Below are positions 11,501 through 20,400 of a stretch of DNA of 64,000 nt, in pieces. A model generated the notes under the pieces. It saw nothing but the letters and a program-made list of their open reading frames with translations. It was not told the origin of the DNA and did no database searches. Source of the DNA: an uncultured Verrucomicrobiae bacterium (GTDB taxonomy: Bacteria; Verrucomicrobiota; Verrucomicrobiia; Chthoniobacterales; Chthoniobacteraceae); NCBI GenBank assembly GCA_963769025.1, contig CAVYKI010000010.1:32001-96000 (forward strand). The letters run 5' to 3'. The stretch's first letter is position 1; every line of letters starts with the position of its first letter. The position numbers and the translations under genes are program-made.

Positions 11501-11620
11501 AAGAAGTCCGGCGACGCCAGTGGCAACCAACCCGGCGGCAACATCATCATCCGAGGCGGCGGCCAGCTTCAGATCGAGGGCAACGTGATCATCAACGGCG
11601 GCGTGCTTCAGGTTCGCTGA
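8582..11620 (+). CDS. Large secreted hypothetical protein with internal repeats
   Basis: Signal peptide MKIRAILVATLVLLG, repeated (N/D)G(D/S)xLxGxL units, two similar beta-rich domains, high-GC3 codon usage, start overlaps the upstream stop. Confidence 0.7.
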   Translation: MKIRAILVATLVLLGTFTSAVCQVQAIEIDGFDIFDNGAAGEAEGVQIVNGRVVLTGTTAKKTDKPAQPDPAGEQVLELTDGSQLHGRLTTLGKSELIWQRGDTTEPLTFSPQDVRRIVFAGQPDAQAAKANATIKLNGSDWLTGDLVGMQGGKFRLAIPGAGDIEIERGKIEWLYLSKTTPPDAYEGPTGPMGLAGWDTGGSGGSGAWDYADGALAARAAMPLTRRFEALSDRMDIEFSASDGGNAIRGLTLWLQPGLTSRGYSKGSVYLRFQANNITANSYDGSNMKNFSAVVPEDKNPPKETRYRILQDRRSGKLVIFVNGKKVADWDTQGQKESAQGGSLSWQPTYWSSNMAWTLSKVRVRPWDGNIEPDPKGDDATKDAVSAGAGRQAGSLEAIGTDSVRFSGKEMPRSEPLFIRLNPAAAGDPPAGAVARVWLAQRGEFDVTALGFRDGQLRMRTSFGGELALPVTALRSIEFPHRIAAGDKAIADGGDSLIFRNGDELRGTLVSATHDKSVKWKPVKAERPVEFAVSRLAGVLLASKAKPASGTATAAVRFRNGDWLPGELKLLDKAHLLLKSPIAEDLRLDRSGIRAIYFGRNSEVPVWDGASDRQSWMKATNSDGPFSSSSRQRKDDTVKRNPWRYLDGAFTLPQSSNRNGYGNGPNIGRALDNLPDKVEVSFDLSTPKGPAGYSIQLFNEENRPGLMIQGGWDSAYIYDMSPRKQGGAFFNQPQQIEFGEAIGSEGNRRQFRILADRRSGRLVMLVNGIPVGQFGQKPGKESAKPGKGISIVPQPMNSSVTVSNLWIGPWSGDAPDTPKRGATPNRRGANKGAAAALAEKPMSDTKDETKSKPVAPAPPAADLLALVNGDETSGTIESATATDLRLQCDVGKLDIPMNRALMAEFAGPVQPPATGVRLHLAGKGTITVDSLTVADGKVTCHSAAAGDLSFGAGTLSEIVFQPRTLAPPENAADKKSGDASGNQPGGNIIIRGGGQLQIEGNVIINGGVLQVR

Positions 11621-11809
11621 CGCGGCCAGGAGGCTGGAAATCGGTCGAAGGCGCCAAAATTTGCGGAGCCGGAAGCATTCGAAACGCCGACCGCCAAAAG
11701 CGGACGAAACGCATGTGAGTGGAAGTTTCCCCGCTGCTCCCCCGCCCTTCCAATGTTGCAGCAGCGCACCGCGGCACGCGAGGCAACCGCACCTTGGCGG
11801 ATTGAAAGC

Positions 11810-12487
11810 CTACGCGACATTCTCCGGCAGCCGCCATGCCGCGAGCCGCTCGCGCCACCCGGCGATGGCGCGCTGCTCGGGAGAAAGGCGGTTCCAGTCC
11901 TTGAAGGTGAGATTCCCCAGCATGCCGAAGAGCAAAAAATCCGCGTAGACCGGCGCAGCTCCGAAGAGAAACGCCTCGTGGCGCAGCGTCTTCTCGAACC
12001 GGACGAGCAAGCGGTCCAGCTCGGAGCGAATGGCCGCCGCGTCGCCACGCCACATGTCCACGCAGCCGCGCCCGAAACGCCGCTCCTTATGCCGCACGAC
12101 CATCCCGCGATGTGCGACATCCGGGATCGCGGGAATCCAGTGGATGTCCACAAGCTTGAATGTCCGCGCCTCAACTTCATTTTCGAGGAACTCGAGGACG
12201 CACTGATGCGCGGCCTCGATCGCCTCGGGAAAAAGACGGCCGCCGAACCACGTGCGGTCCACATATTCTGCGACGTCCTGCGTGTCATTCCCGCTCTCAA
12301 AGACGAGCCGCCCGCCATCCTGAAGCACCGGCACGGCATAGTATGCTCCGTCGGTAAGGCGGAGGAGTTCTGAACGATCCCAGCTAGGAACCTCGCGCGA
12401 TTCAAATGCGACACCCGCCGCGCGCAGCGCCTGCGCAATGGGAATGCAGAACGGGCTGTGCGCGAGTTCATGGAGGATTGTCTTCAT
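11810..12487 (-). CDS. Glutathione S-transferase family protein
   Basis: LHELAHSPFC N-terminus, VPVLQDG, ESG..DVAEY, FLFGAAPVYADFLLFG GST C-domain motif. Confidence 0.85.
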   Translation of the reverse strand: MKTILHELAHSPFCIPIAQALRAAGVAFESREVPSWDRSELLRLTDGAYYAVPVLQDGGRLVFESGNDTQDVAEYVDRTWFGGRLFPEAIEAAHQCVLEFLENEVEARTFKLVDIHWIPAIPDVAHRGMVVRHKERRFGRGCVDMWRGDAAAIRSELDRLLVRFEKTLRHEAFLFGAAPVYADFLLFGMLGNLTFKDWNRLSPEQRAIAGWRERLAAWRLPENVA

Positions 12488-12669
12488 GCCACCGGCACTA
12501 GCAGACACGCCGCCCGCGAGCCAGCGTTTGCCGTCCTAAGGGCGGGCGGGACGTTAGTCGATGGGGACGTTTCAAACGTTCCGCAATCGGAAGACACGTG
12601 CGTTGGCAAACGAAGTCCTCCCAAATTTCTTTTCCATCGTGCTGACAAGCACGGTAATGCAGGCACTGC

Positions 12670-12742
<73 letters not shown>

Positions 12743-12804
12743 TTTGAACGCGGAATGAGGAAAGGGAATTGCGGATTGCAAATTGAGGGATTGAAATTGC
12801 GGCG

Positions 12805-13746
12805 ATGAATCGAAGTCCGCTCGGGAAAATCGCCGTCGTCGGGTCCGGCGCGGTGGGGTGCTATTATGGAGGCATGCTCGCGCGTGCGGGGCACGATGTG
12901 CATTTCCTCATGCGGTCGGACTTGGAGACGGTGAGACGGGACGGGCTGGTGATTTTCACGAAGGGAAACGAGGTGCGAATCCCGCGCGTGCAGTGCGCTA
13001 GGACGACGGTTGAAATCGGCCCGGTGGACGTCGTGCTGATTGCGTTGAAGGCGACGGCGAATGGCGAACTGGAGCGGCTGCTGCCGCCGCTCATCGGCAA
13101 GGAGACGGCGCTGCTCACTCTGCAAAACGGGCTGGGAAACGAGGACTTTCTCGCCGGGCGATGGGGTGCGGAAAGGGTGATGGGCGCGCTGTGCTTTGTG
13201 TGCATCAACCGGACCGCGCCCGGAGTGATCCGGCATCTGGATCACGGTTCGATTTCGATCGGGGAATTTCACAGACCTGCCTCGGACCGCGCGCGCGCGA
13301 TCGCGGAGGCGTTCCGGGCCGTGGATGTGGAGGCGAGTGTGGTAGATGAGCTCGAGGGCGAACGCTGGCGAAAGCTGCTGTGGAATATCCCGTTCAACGG
13401 CCTCTCGATCGCCGCTGGCGCAACCGTCGCGGACGTGCTGGCGGACTCGGGACTGCGTGCGGCGGCGCGCTGGCTGATGGACGAGGTGCTCGACGCAGCG
13501 CGGCGGCTCGGCCATGAGATTCCGGATTCCTTTGCCGACTGGCAGGTCGATCGCAGCGATTCGATGGGAGCGTACAAGCCGTCATCGATGATCGACTACC
13601 AACTCGGCCGTCCGGTCGAGGTGCAGGCAATCTGGGGCGAGCCGCTGCGGCAGGGCGTCGCGGCCGGCGCGAAAATGCCGAGGCTGGAGATGCTGCATGC
13701 AATCATCCGGCACGTGACGGAGCGGCGTGCGTTGCACGGGGCATGA
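12805..13746 (+). CDS. panE: 2-dehydropantoate 2-reductase
   Basis: GSGAVG Rossmann motif, LKA, LQNGLGNE, WRKLLWNIPFNGL, PSSMID...EV motifs. Confidence 0.9.
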   Translation: MNRSPLGKIAVVGSGAVGCYYGGMLARAGHDVHFLMRSDLETVRRDGLVIFTKGNEVRIPRVQCARTTVEIGPVDVVLIALKATANGELERLLPPLIGKETALLTLQNGLGNEDFLAGRWGAERVMGALCFVCINRTAPGVIRHLDHGSISIGEFHRPASDRARAIAEAFRAVDVEASVVDELEGERWRKLLWNIPFNGLSIAAGATVADVLADSGLRAAARWLMDEVLDAARRLGHEIPDSFADWQVDRSDSMGAYKPSSMIDYQLGRPVEVQAIWGEPLRQGVAAGAKMPRLEMLHAIIRHVTERRALHGA

Positions 13747-13766
13747 TCCTCGGATACTGATGGCGC

Positions 13767-14447
13767 GTGCAGCCGCAAGCCATCGTCTCCATTCGCAACC
13801 TCTCGAAGGTGTACCGCCAGGGCGAAATGGAAATCGCGGCTCTGGACGATGTGAGCCTCGACATCGCACGCGGGGAATTTCTCTCGCTCATGGGGCCATC
13901 CGGCTCGGGAAAGAGCACGCTGCTGCACATCATCGCCGGAGTGGACCGCCCGACCTCCGGGCAGTGCGCAGTGGGCGGAGTGGATGTGACATCGCTGAAC
14001 GAATCCGAACTCGCGGACTGGCGGAATCAGAACGTGGGATTCGTCTTCCAGAGCTTCAACCTGATTCCCGTGCTCACGGCTTTCGAGAATGTGGAACTGC
14101 CGTTGTTGCTGATGAACCTGTCGTCTGCACAGCGGCGCGAACTGGTGAACACGGCGCTGGAACTCGTCGGCCTCGCGGACCGGAGGAAGCATCTGCCCAA
14201 GCAGATGTCCGGCGGGCAGGAGCAGCGCGTGGCCATCGCGCGCGCCATCGCGACCGATCCGCGCCTCGTGGTGGCCGATGAGCCGACGGGGAATCTCGAC
14301 AGCGCGAGCGCGGACACGGTGCTGGAGATTTTGCAGACGCTGAGCGGGAAGGCGGGCAAGACGGTGATCATGGTCACGCACGATCCGCGCGCCGCCGCGC
14401 ATGGCTCGCGGACGATTCATCTCGAAAAGGGAAAGCTGTTGCCGTGA
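13767..14447 (+). CDS. ABC transporter ATP-binding protein (LolD/MacB-like)
   Basis: GPSGSGKST Walker [15 protein letters not shown] signature, ADEPTGNLD Walker B, VTHD H-loop. GTG start. Confidence 0.93.
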   Translation: MQPQAIVSIRNLSKVYRQGEMEIAALDDVSLDIARGEFLSLMGPSGSGKSTLLHIIAGVDRPTSGQCAVGGVDVTSLNESELADWRNQNVGFVFQSFNLIPVLTAFENVELPLLLMNLSSAQRRELVNTALELVGLADRRKHLPKQMSGGQEQRVAIARAIATDPRLVVADEPTGNLDSASADTVLEILQTLSGKAGKTVIMVTHDPRAAAHGSRTIHLEKGKLLP

Positions 14448-14460
14448 GAGGACGAGGCGA

Positions 14461-15612
14461 ATGCCGATGAACATCCCGGGCTTCATCATTCGCAATGCGC
14501 TGCGCAACAAGCGCCGGCTACTGCTCAGCGTGCTGAGCGCGGCGGTGAGCCTCTTCCTGCTCGTCACGCTGATGGTGCTGCTGCGCGAACTGACGCAACC
14601 GCCGACCGACGCGGATGCCGCGCTGCGCGTCGCCGTTCGCAACAAAATCTCGCTGATGAGCACGCTCCCGCAGCGGCAGCGGCCCATCATCGAGCGCGTG
14701 CCGGGAGTCGATGTCCTCACGCCCTTCGTGTGGTTCGGAGGGAAGTTCAAGGAGAACGAGCAGCTCCTCTTCGGCACGATCGCCATCGAGCCCGCGGCGC
14801 TGAAGAAGTTGCTGCCGGAGATCCGTTGCAACCCGGAGGAATACGAGGCGTGGCTGAAGGATCGCACGAGCTGCATCGTCGGCCGGGATACGGCGCTGCA
14901 GTACGGCTACAAGCCGGGCGATCGGTTCACGATGATGAGCGGACTTTTCCCTTGCAGCATCGAGCTGAAGGTCGCCGGGATCTACTGGGGCACGGTGGAC
15001 GACCGGAACATGTTCTTTCACCACAAGTATCTCGACGAGGCGCTCAACGACTGGGGGCAGACGGGAATGTGGTGGATGAAGGTCGCATCCACGGAGGTGA
15101 TGCCGCAGGTCATCGACCAGATTAACAAGGCGTTTGCGAACTCCGCGAACGAGGTCCGCGCGGAGAGCGAGCGCGCGTTTCAGGCTTCGTTCGTTTCGAT
15201 GTGGGGTGGGATCAAATTCCTCATCGGCAGCATCAGCGTGCTCGTGCTGCTCACGCTGCTGCTCGTGACAGCGAGCACGATGAGCATGGCGGTGCGGGAG
15301 CGTTTCCGGGAGCTCGCAATTTTGAAGGCGCTGGGGTTTCGACGACGCGAGCTGTTCGCGCTGATTCTGGCGGAGAGCTTCGGCCTTGCGGCACTGGGCG
15401 CGTTGATTGGAGCTGGCGGAGCGTGGCTGCTCTACTCCGGCATGGACGTCCACAAGGCGACGCGCGGGGTTTTTATCTCCTTCGAGGTCACAGCGCGGAT
15501 GCTGGGGACGGCGGCGCTGGTCGCCGCAGTGCTCGGCATCGTGTCATGCCTCGCGCCGGCGATCGCAGTCGCGAAAATGAGCGTCGCCGAGGGACTGAAG
15601 ACGCTGGACTGA
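14461..15612 (+). CDS. ABC transporter permease (MacB/FtsX family)
   Basis: RNALRNKRR + TM1, large periplasmic domain, MSMAVRERFRELAILKALGF FtsX motif, three C-terminal TMs. Confidence 0.9.
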   Translation: MPMNIPGFIIRNALRNKRRLLLSVLSAAVSLFLLVTLMVLLRELTQPPTDADAALRVAVRNKISLMSTLPQRQRPIIERVPGVDVLTPFVWFGGKFKENEQLLFGTIAIEPAALKKLLPEIRCNPEEYEAWLKDRTSCIVGRDTALQYGYKPGDRFTMMSGLFPCSIELKVAGIYWGTVDDRNMFFHHKYLDEALNDWGQTGMWWMKVASTEVMPQVIDQINKAFANSANEVRAESERAFQASFVSMWGGIKFLIGSISVLVLLTLLLVTASTMSMAVRERFRELAILKALGFRRRELFALILAESFGLAALGALIGAGGAWLLYSGMDVHKATRGVFISFEVTARMLGTAALVAAVLGIVSCLAPAIAVAKMSVAEGLKTLD

Positions 15613-15674
15613 GCGGCGGTGCGACAGCGCGGACGCCGATGGAAGGCGTCGTCGAGGCGAACTGCGCGACGGCG

Positions 15675-16922
15675 TCAGAATGTGTGGATGAACAGGCCGG
15701 AGCGCAGCTTCGGCTCAAACCACGTGCTCTTTGGCGGCATGATCTGGCCGGCGTCGGCGATGTCCATGAGTTGCTGCACGGTGGTCGGGTACATCGAAAA
15801 CGCGACCGCAGCTTTTCCGCTGTCCACGAGCTTGGTGAGTTCGCCCGTGCCACGGATGCCGCCGATGAAGTCGATGCGCTTGCTCGTGCGCGGGTCGTCG
15901 ATGCCGAGGACAGGCGCGAGAAGCCGCTGCTGGAGACCTTCCACGTCGAGACGCGAGATGGGGTCGGCGTTCGGCGCATGCTGCCAGCCGAGGGCATACC
16001 ATTGCCCCGCGAAATACATGCGGATGTCGCCGGGCCTGGATGGAGTCGGTGAACTGCCGGGCGTAACGGTGAACTGCTTTTCCACCGCCGTGAGGAACTG
16101 CGCAGCGGTGAGCCCGTTGAGATCCTTGATGGCGCGGTTGTAGGGAAGGATCTGAAGCTGGCTCGCGGGAAAGAGCACGCAGAGGAACCAATCGGAATCG
16201 GCGGTAGCTTCGCCTTTCGCCCGCAATTCAAGGCCGACCCGCGCCGCACTCGCCGTACGGTGGTGCCCGTCGGCGACATAGGCGGTCGGCAGGGTGCCGA
16301 ACTCGGAGACCAGCGCCGCGATGACATCCGGGGCGGTGATTTTCCACACCGTGTGGCGGATACCATCGGGGGCCGTGAAGTCATTGGTTGGCGTCTTTGC
16401 GATCTCAGTCGCTACGATTGCATCGATCTCGGCGCGATCACGGTAGGTGAGGAATACCGGGCCTGTGTCGGCGCGCAGCGTGCCGATCAGCCGCGTGCGG
16501 TCGTCCTCCTTGTCCTGCCGCGTGCGCTCGTGTTTTTTGATGATGTCGCGGCCGTTGGGATTCGCGACGCGCTCGTGAACGTAGTCATCAACATGGCACA
16601 CGGCGGCGAGTCCGGTCTGCACGTGCGCACCCATGAGTTGCTGATAGAGGTAAACCGTCGCCGCGCTTTCGCGGCGTAGTGCGCCGGCGGACTGGAGGCG
16701 TGCAAAGTTCACCTTCGCGCGCTCGTAGACGGCGTCGGAGTATGGATTGGTCTCCGGCGGGAGTTCCAATTCGGCGCGATCCACCCGGAGGAGCGTATTT
16801 GGGCGTCCCTCGGCGAGGACACGGGCTTCCTCGGTATTCAGGACGTCGTAGGGGACGCAGGCGATGTCGGCGACTTGGTGAGGATCGGGGACGAGGCCCC
16901 GGAAGGCACGGATTCGAAGCAT
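15675..16922 (-). CDS. DUF1015 family protein
   Basis: PYDV, IKKHERTR..KE.DR, YVADGHHR, MPPKSTWFEPKLRSGLFIH motifs. Start placed at MLRIRAFRG. Confidence 0.9.
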   Translation of the reverse strand: MLRIRAFRGLVPDPHQVADIACVPYDVLNTEEARVLAEGRPNTLLRVDRAELELPPETNPYSDAVYERAKVNFARLQSAGALRRESAATVYLYQQLMGAHVQTGLAAVCHVDDYVHERVANPNGRDIIKKHERTRQDKEDDRTRLIGTLRADTGPVFLTYRDRAEIDAIVATEIAKTPTNDFTAPDGIRHTVWKITAPDVIAALVSEFGTLPTAYVADGHHRTASAARVGLELRAKGEATADSDWFLCVLFPASQLQILPYNRAIKDLNGLTAAQFLTAVEKQFTVTPGSSPTPSRPGDIRMYFAGQWYALGWQHAPNADPISRLDVEGLQQRLLAPVLGIDDPRTSKRIDFIGGIRGTGELTKLVDSGKAAVAFSMYPTTVQQLMDIADAGQIMPPKSTWFEPKLRSGLFIHTF

Positions 16923-17032
16923 GGGGCGCGCGTGGTAGCGGGGCACGGGCATCCGTGCAAGCAAAGGCGTCGGGAAAGAAAAGGGCGCACCGGTGAGGGT
17001 GCGCCCTTTGCTTGGAATTGCTGTGACGGCGG

Positions 17033-20000
17033 TCAGTTCACGTAGGCCGCTTCGTTCGCGAAGAGCAGCGCGTGGGCGTAGGCCTCCCACGGTTGCAATG
17101 GCTTCCGCTCGACGATCGTGCCCTTGTTCTGGACGGCGCGCCTCGCGTCGTTATCGCGTTTCGCGATGTCATCGACGCGCTTCTGGATCTCCGCGTTCTT
17201 CTTCGCGATTTCCGGTGCCGTTGCGTCCACCTCGGCTTGCTTGGCCTTTTCCTTCTGGACGAAGTTGACTCCGAATTCGATCTCCTTCGGCAGCGGCTGG
17301 CGCTGGAACATGATGCGGTAGAGCGCGAAGACGCGGCGGAGATCGTTGTCAGCGCGTTGGAATTCGCTGCGGGCGACTACGCGGCGCGCCACATCCACGG
17401 CGAGCGGGCTATTCATCAGGAAGAGCGCCTGCTGCGGAACGATGGTGGTCGTGCGCTTCGAGTTCGGCATGTCGGGATCGCTGAAGTCGAAGTGCGACAT
17501 GAGCTCAGGCAGATTCCCGCGGTCAATGTAACCGTAGATGCTGCGACGATAGCTGTAGGGCTCGTCGGTGATATTGACGGGCTGACCTCCCATCGTCGGG
17601 TCAAGGCGGCCGGACATGGCGAGCAGCGAATCGCGGAATGATTCGAAGTCGAGGCGGCGGACGTTTGCGCGCCAGAGGAGGCGGTTGTCCGGCTCGAGGG
17701 TTTCGTAATCGGGGCGGGTGTAGCTGCTCTCCTGGTAGACGCGCGAGAGCATGATGAACTTGTGCAGCCGCTTGATGCTCCAATTTGCACCGTTCTCGCT
17801 GATAAACCATCCGGCGAGGTACTCGAGCAATTCGGGATGGGAGGGCTTCTCGCTCATCACGCCGAGGTCATCGGGCGTGCGCACGAAGCCTTCGCCGAAG
17901 TGCTGCAGCCACACGCGATTCACGAGGACGCGCGGAGTGAGCGGATTGTCGTTGTCGGCGATTGCCTTGGCGAGTTCCAGACGACCGCTGCCGGACTTGA
18001 ACTCCAGACGCTTGCCAGTCGGGCTCAGGATGCTGAGGAAGCCGCGAGGCACTGCGCCACCGGGGGTTCCCTGCTGTCCGCGGATCAGGAGCTGCGAGTT
18101 TTGCGGGCTGGACTTGTCCAGCATCACCATTGCGCGCGGAGTGGCGCCAGGATGGCTGAGTTCGAGGTCGTTGATTTTCGCGAACACAAAGCGCGCACGC
18201 CCGGTCATCTGATTGTTCCAAGTGCCGATGGCGTCGCGAATCCACGGAATGGTCGCGTTCGGAGCCGTGACGAGGGCAAACGGGCCTGAGAGAAACTCGA
18301 TCTCGGCAGGCGTGTATCCGGTGACCGTGTCGCCGGTGGCGTCTTTAAACGCCGGGATGAAGGTTCTCAGCTTCGGTGCCATGCGCCTGACGAGACCTTC
18401 GTAGGTCGCGAGCACCTCATACATCGATTTCGGCCTCGCCGTGGTGAGTTCATCCACGACGATCTGGTTGTAGCGGCCGCTCTTCTGAATCTCCTTCAGC
18501 ACGCCTTCGCTGCGGGATTCGAAGTTGCCGTCACCCAGATCCGCAAACTTCCTCAGCGGACCGTAAACGGGATGGTTCTGATTCAGGACGCGTTGGAAGA
18601 AGTTTGCGAAATTCACGTCGAGCGAGGCCTGCTTGACGAGGTCCAGTCGCGCCTGGAGGTTCGCTGCATCCCTCCGCCCGCTGAGCAGTCCGGCCTGCAG
18701 GTACTCGTTGGGTTTGCCTTGGAAAAGGCTCAGCCAGTGCTCCACCTCACGGTAGTAAACATCGCGGTTCTCCTTCACCACTGCGGCGATCTTTTGCTCG
18801 TAGTCGAGTTTCAGCGCCGGGTCGGGCATCGCGATCATCGGCTTTAGCGCCGGTTCCTCGCTGCTGGCGAAGACACCGTGCAAGGCGTAGTAATCCGCCT
18901 GCGGAATCGGGTCGAACATGTGGTCGTGGCACCGGGCGCAAGAAACCGTGATGCCGAGGAATCCCTTGGAAACGACATCGATTCGGTCATCGATCGTGTC
19001 GTTGAGATTATTGTGGCGCATCCCGACGGTGAGGAACCCGAGCGCGGCGAGATTCGGGCTGCCTTGGGTTTCCTTGCCCGCGGAACGCTGGCCGGAGGCG
19101 CTCATCATCATCATGCCATCGGCACCCATCATCGCGGGCTCCACCGGAGCTGCGGGAGCCATCGGTGCGCCAGGTGCGGCGGGATTGACGGCAGTTCCCT
19201 TGGCCATGAGGAGCGGATCCGCTTTTTTCAATCCGGCTGTCTTGGCAGCGGTGGCCGCAGGCTTCGGCGTCGCAACCGGTGCATCCGCCAGCGACGAAGC
19301 GGCGACCGGCTGTACGGGATAAAGCAGGTCGGCTGCGAGTTGCTCGACGATGAACTGGTTGTACGGCTTGTCCTCATTGAACGCACGGACGACGTAATCG
19401 CGATAGGTCCATGCATTCGCGTAGCGGTAGTCGAGCCGCCCATTGTTCACATTTGCATCGCCACCAATGGTATCAGCGTAGCGGGCGGAATTCAGCCAAT
19501 AGCGCGCCCAGCGCTCACCGTAGTGTGGGCTCGCGAGCAGGCGGTCGATCACTTTCTCCCAAGCGTTCGGTGCGCGGTCAGCGAGGAAGGCTTCGATTTC
19601 AGCAGGGCTCGGCGGCAGGCCGATGAGATCGTAGTATGCACGGCGGAGGAGAATTTCCCTATTCGCATCGGGCGAAGGCAGCATTCCCTTGGCTTCCAGC
19701 TTTTGGAGAACATAGGCGTCAATCGGCGTGCGGCACCACTGCTGATTCTTATTGGCCGGAATCGCCCGTTTCGGATTGTACGGCTTGATCGGCTGATATG
19801 CCCAGTGATGGCGGGCTGAATCATTCAGGCCGCTAAGCTTGGTAGCTTTGGCAGCTTCCTTGCGGGGATCTGGCGCGCCCATCTTGATCCACTCCGCGAC
19901 ATCGGCGATCTGCTTGGCGTCCAACTTGCCACCGCTGCTTGATGGCGGCATTTCCATATCCGGATCCGTATACAGGATCGCCTTGTAAATGAGCGACTCC

Positions 20001-20251
20001 TCGGGCTTTCCCGGAACGATACCAGGCCCAGTATCGCCACCTTTTCTAGTTTCCGCTGCGGTGTCCAGCAAGAGGCCACCTTTCATTTTTCCGGCTTCAC
20101 CACTGTGGCATTTGTAGCATTTTTCGCTCAGAAGTGGGCGAATCTTACCCTCGAAAAAGTCGAGCTGCTCTTTGGTTGGCTCGTCTGCGAAAGCAGGGAA
20201 CGCAAGGGCGAGCGCTCCGGCGAGGATGAAGGCGGGTTTGGATTTGCTCAT
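17033..20251 (-). CDS. Planctomycete cytochrome c (PSCyt1) / DUF1549 / DUF1553 protein
   Basis: Signal peptide, FFEGKIRPLL..KCYKCH, SPHYGERWARYWL, CARCHDHMFDPI, NPLTPRVLVNRVW, PSHPELL, PQQALFLMNSP. Confidence 0.93.
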   Translation of the reverse strand: MSKSKPAFILAGALALAFPAFADEPTKEQLDFFEGKIRPLLSEKCYKCHSGEAGKMKGGLLLDTAAETRKGGDTGPGIVPGKPEESLIYKAILYTDPDMEMPPSSSGGKLDAKQIADVAEWIKMGAPDPRKEAAKATKLSGLNDSARHHWAYQPIKPYNPKRAIPANKNQQWCRTPIDAYVLQKLEAKGMLPSPDANREILLRRAYYDLIGLPPSPAEIEAFLADRAPNAWEKVIDRLLASPHYGERWARYWLNSARYADTIGGDANVNNGRLDYRYANAWTYRDYVVRAFNEDKPYNQFIVEQLAADLLYPVQPVAASSLADAPVATPKPAATAAKTAGLKKADPLLMAKGTAVNPAAPGAPMAPAAPVEPAMMGADGMMMMSASGQRSAGKETQGSPNLAALGFLTVGMRHNNLNDTIDDRIDVVSKGFLGITVSCARCHDHMFDPIPQADYYALHGVFASSEEPALKPMIAMPDPALKLDYEQKIAAVVKENRDVYYREVEHWLSLFQGKPNEYLQAGLLSGRRDAANLQARLDLVKQASLDVNFANFFQRVLNQNHPVYGPLRKFADLGDGNFESRSEGVLKEIQKSGRYNQIVVDELTTARPKSMYEVLATYEGLVRRMAPKLRTFIPAFKDATGDTVTGYTPAEIEFLSGPFALVTAPNATIPWIRDAIGTWNNQMTGRARFVFAKINDLELSHPGATPRAMVMLDKSSPQNSQLLIRGQQGTPGGAVPRGFLSILSPTGKRLEFKSGSGRLELAKAIADNDNPLTPRVLVNRVWLQHFGEGFVRTPDDLGVMSEKPSHPELLEYLAGWFISENGANWSIKRLHKFIMLSRVYQESSYTRPDYETLEPDNRLLWRANVRRLDFESFRDSLLAMSGRLDPTMGGQPVNITDEPYSYRRSIYGYIDRGNLPELMSHFDFSDPDMPNSKRTTTIVPQQALFLMNSPLAVDVARRVVARSEFQRADNDLRRVFALYRIMFQRQPLPKEIEFGVNFVQKEKAKQAEVDATAPEIAKKNAEIQKRVDDIAKRDNDARRAVQNKGTIVERKPLQPWEAYAHALLFANEAAYVN

Positions 20252-20327
20252 GGTTGAAGGAACGAGGGTTGAATAACGAGGGTAGTTTGGCGCGCCCCGG
20301 CAGGGGAATCAATGTGGAATTTGGAAC

Positions 20328-20372
20328 GAAAAGGAAAGCGCCCGCCGGAGGCCTCGGCTTCCGGCGGGCGCT
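20328..20372 (-). terminator. Intrinsic terminator-like hairpin downstream of DUF1501 gene
   Basis: 13-bp stem AGCGCCCGCCGGA (20337-20349) / TCCGGCGGGCGCT (20360-20372), followed on the minus strand by TTCCTTTT. Confidence 0.7.
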
Positions 20373-20400
20373 GAGCAGAATGATGTCTGTGCGTCCGCGG

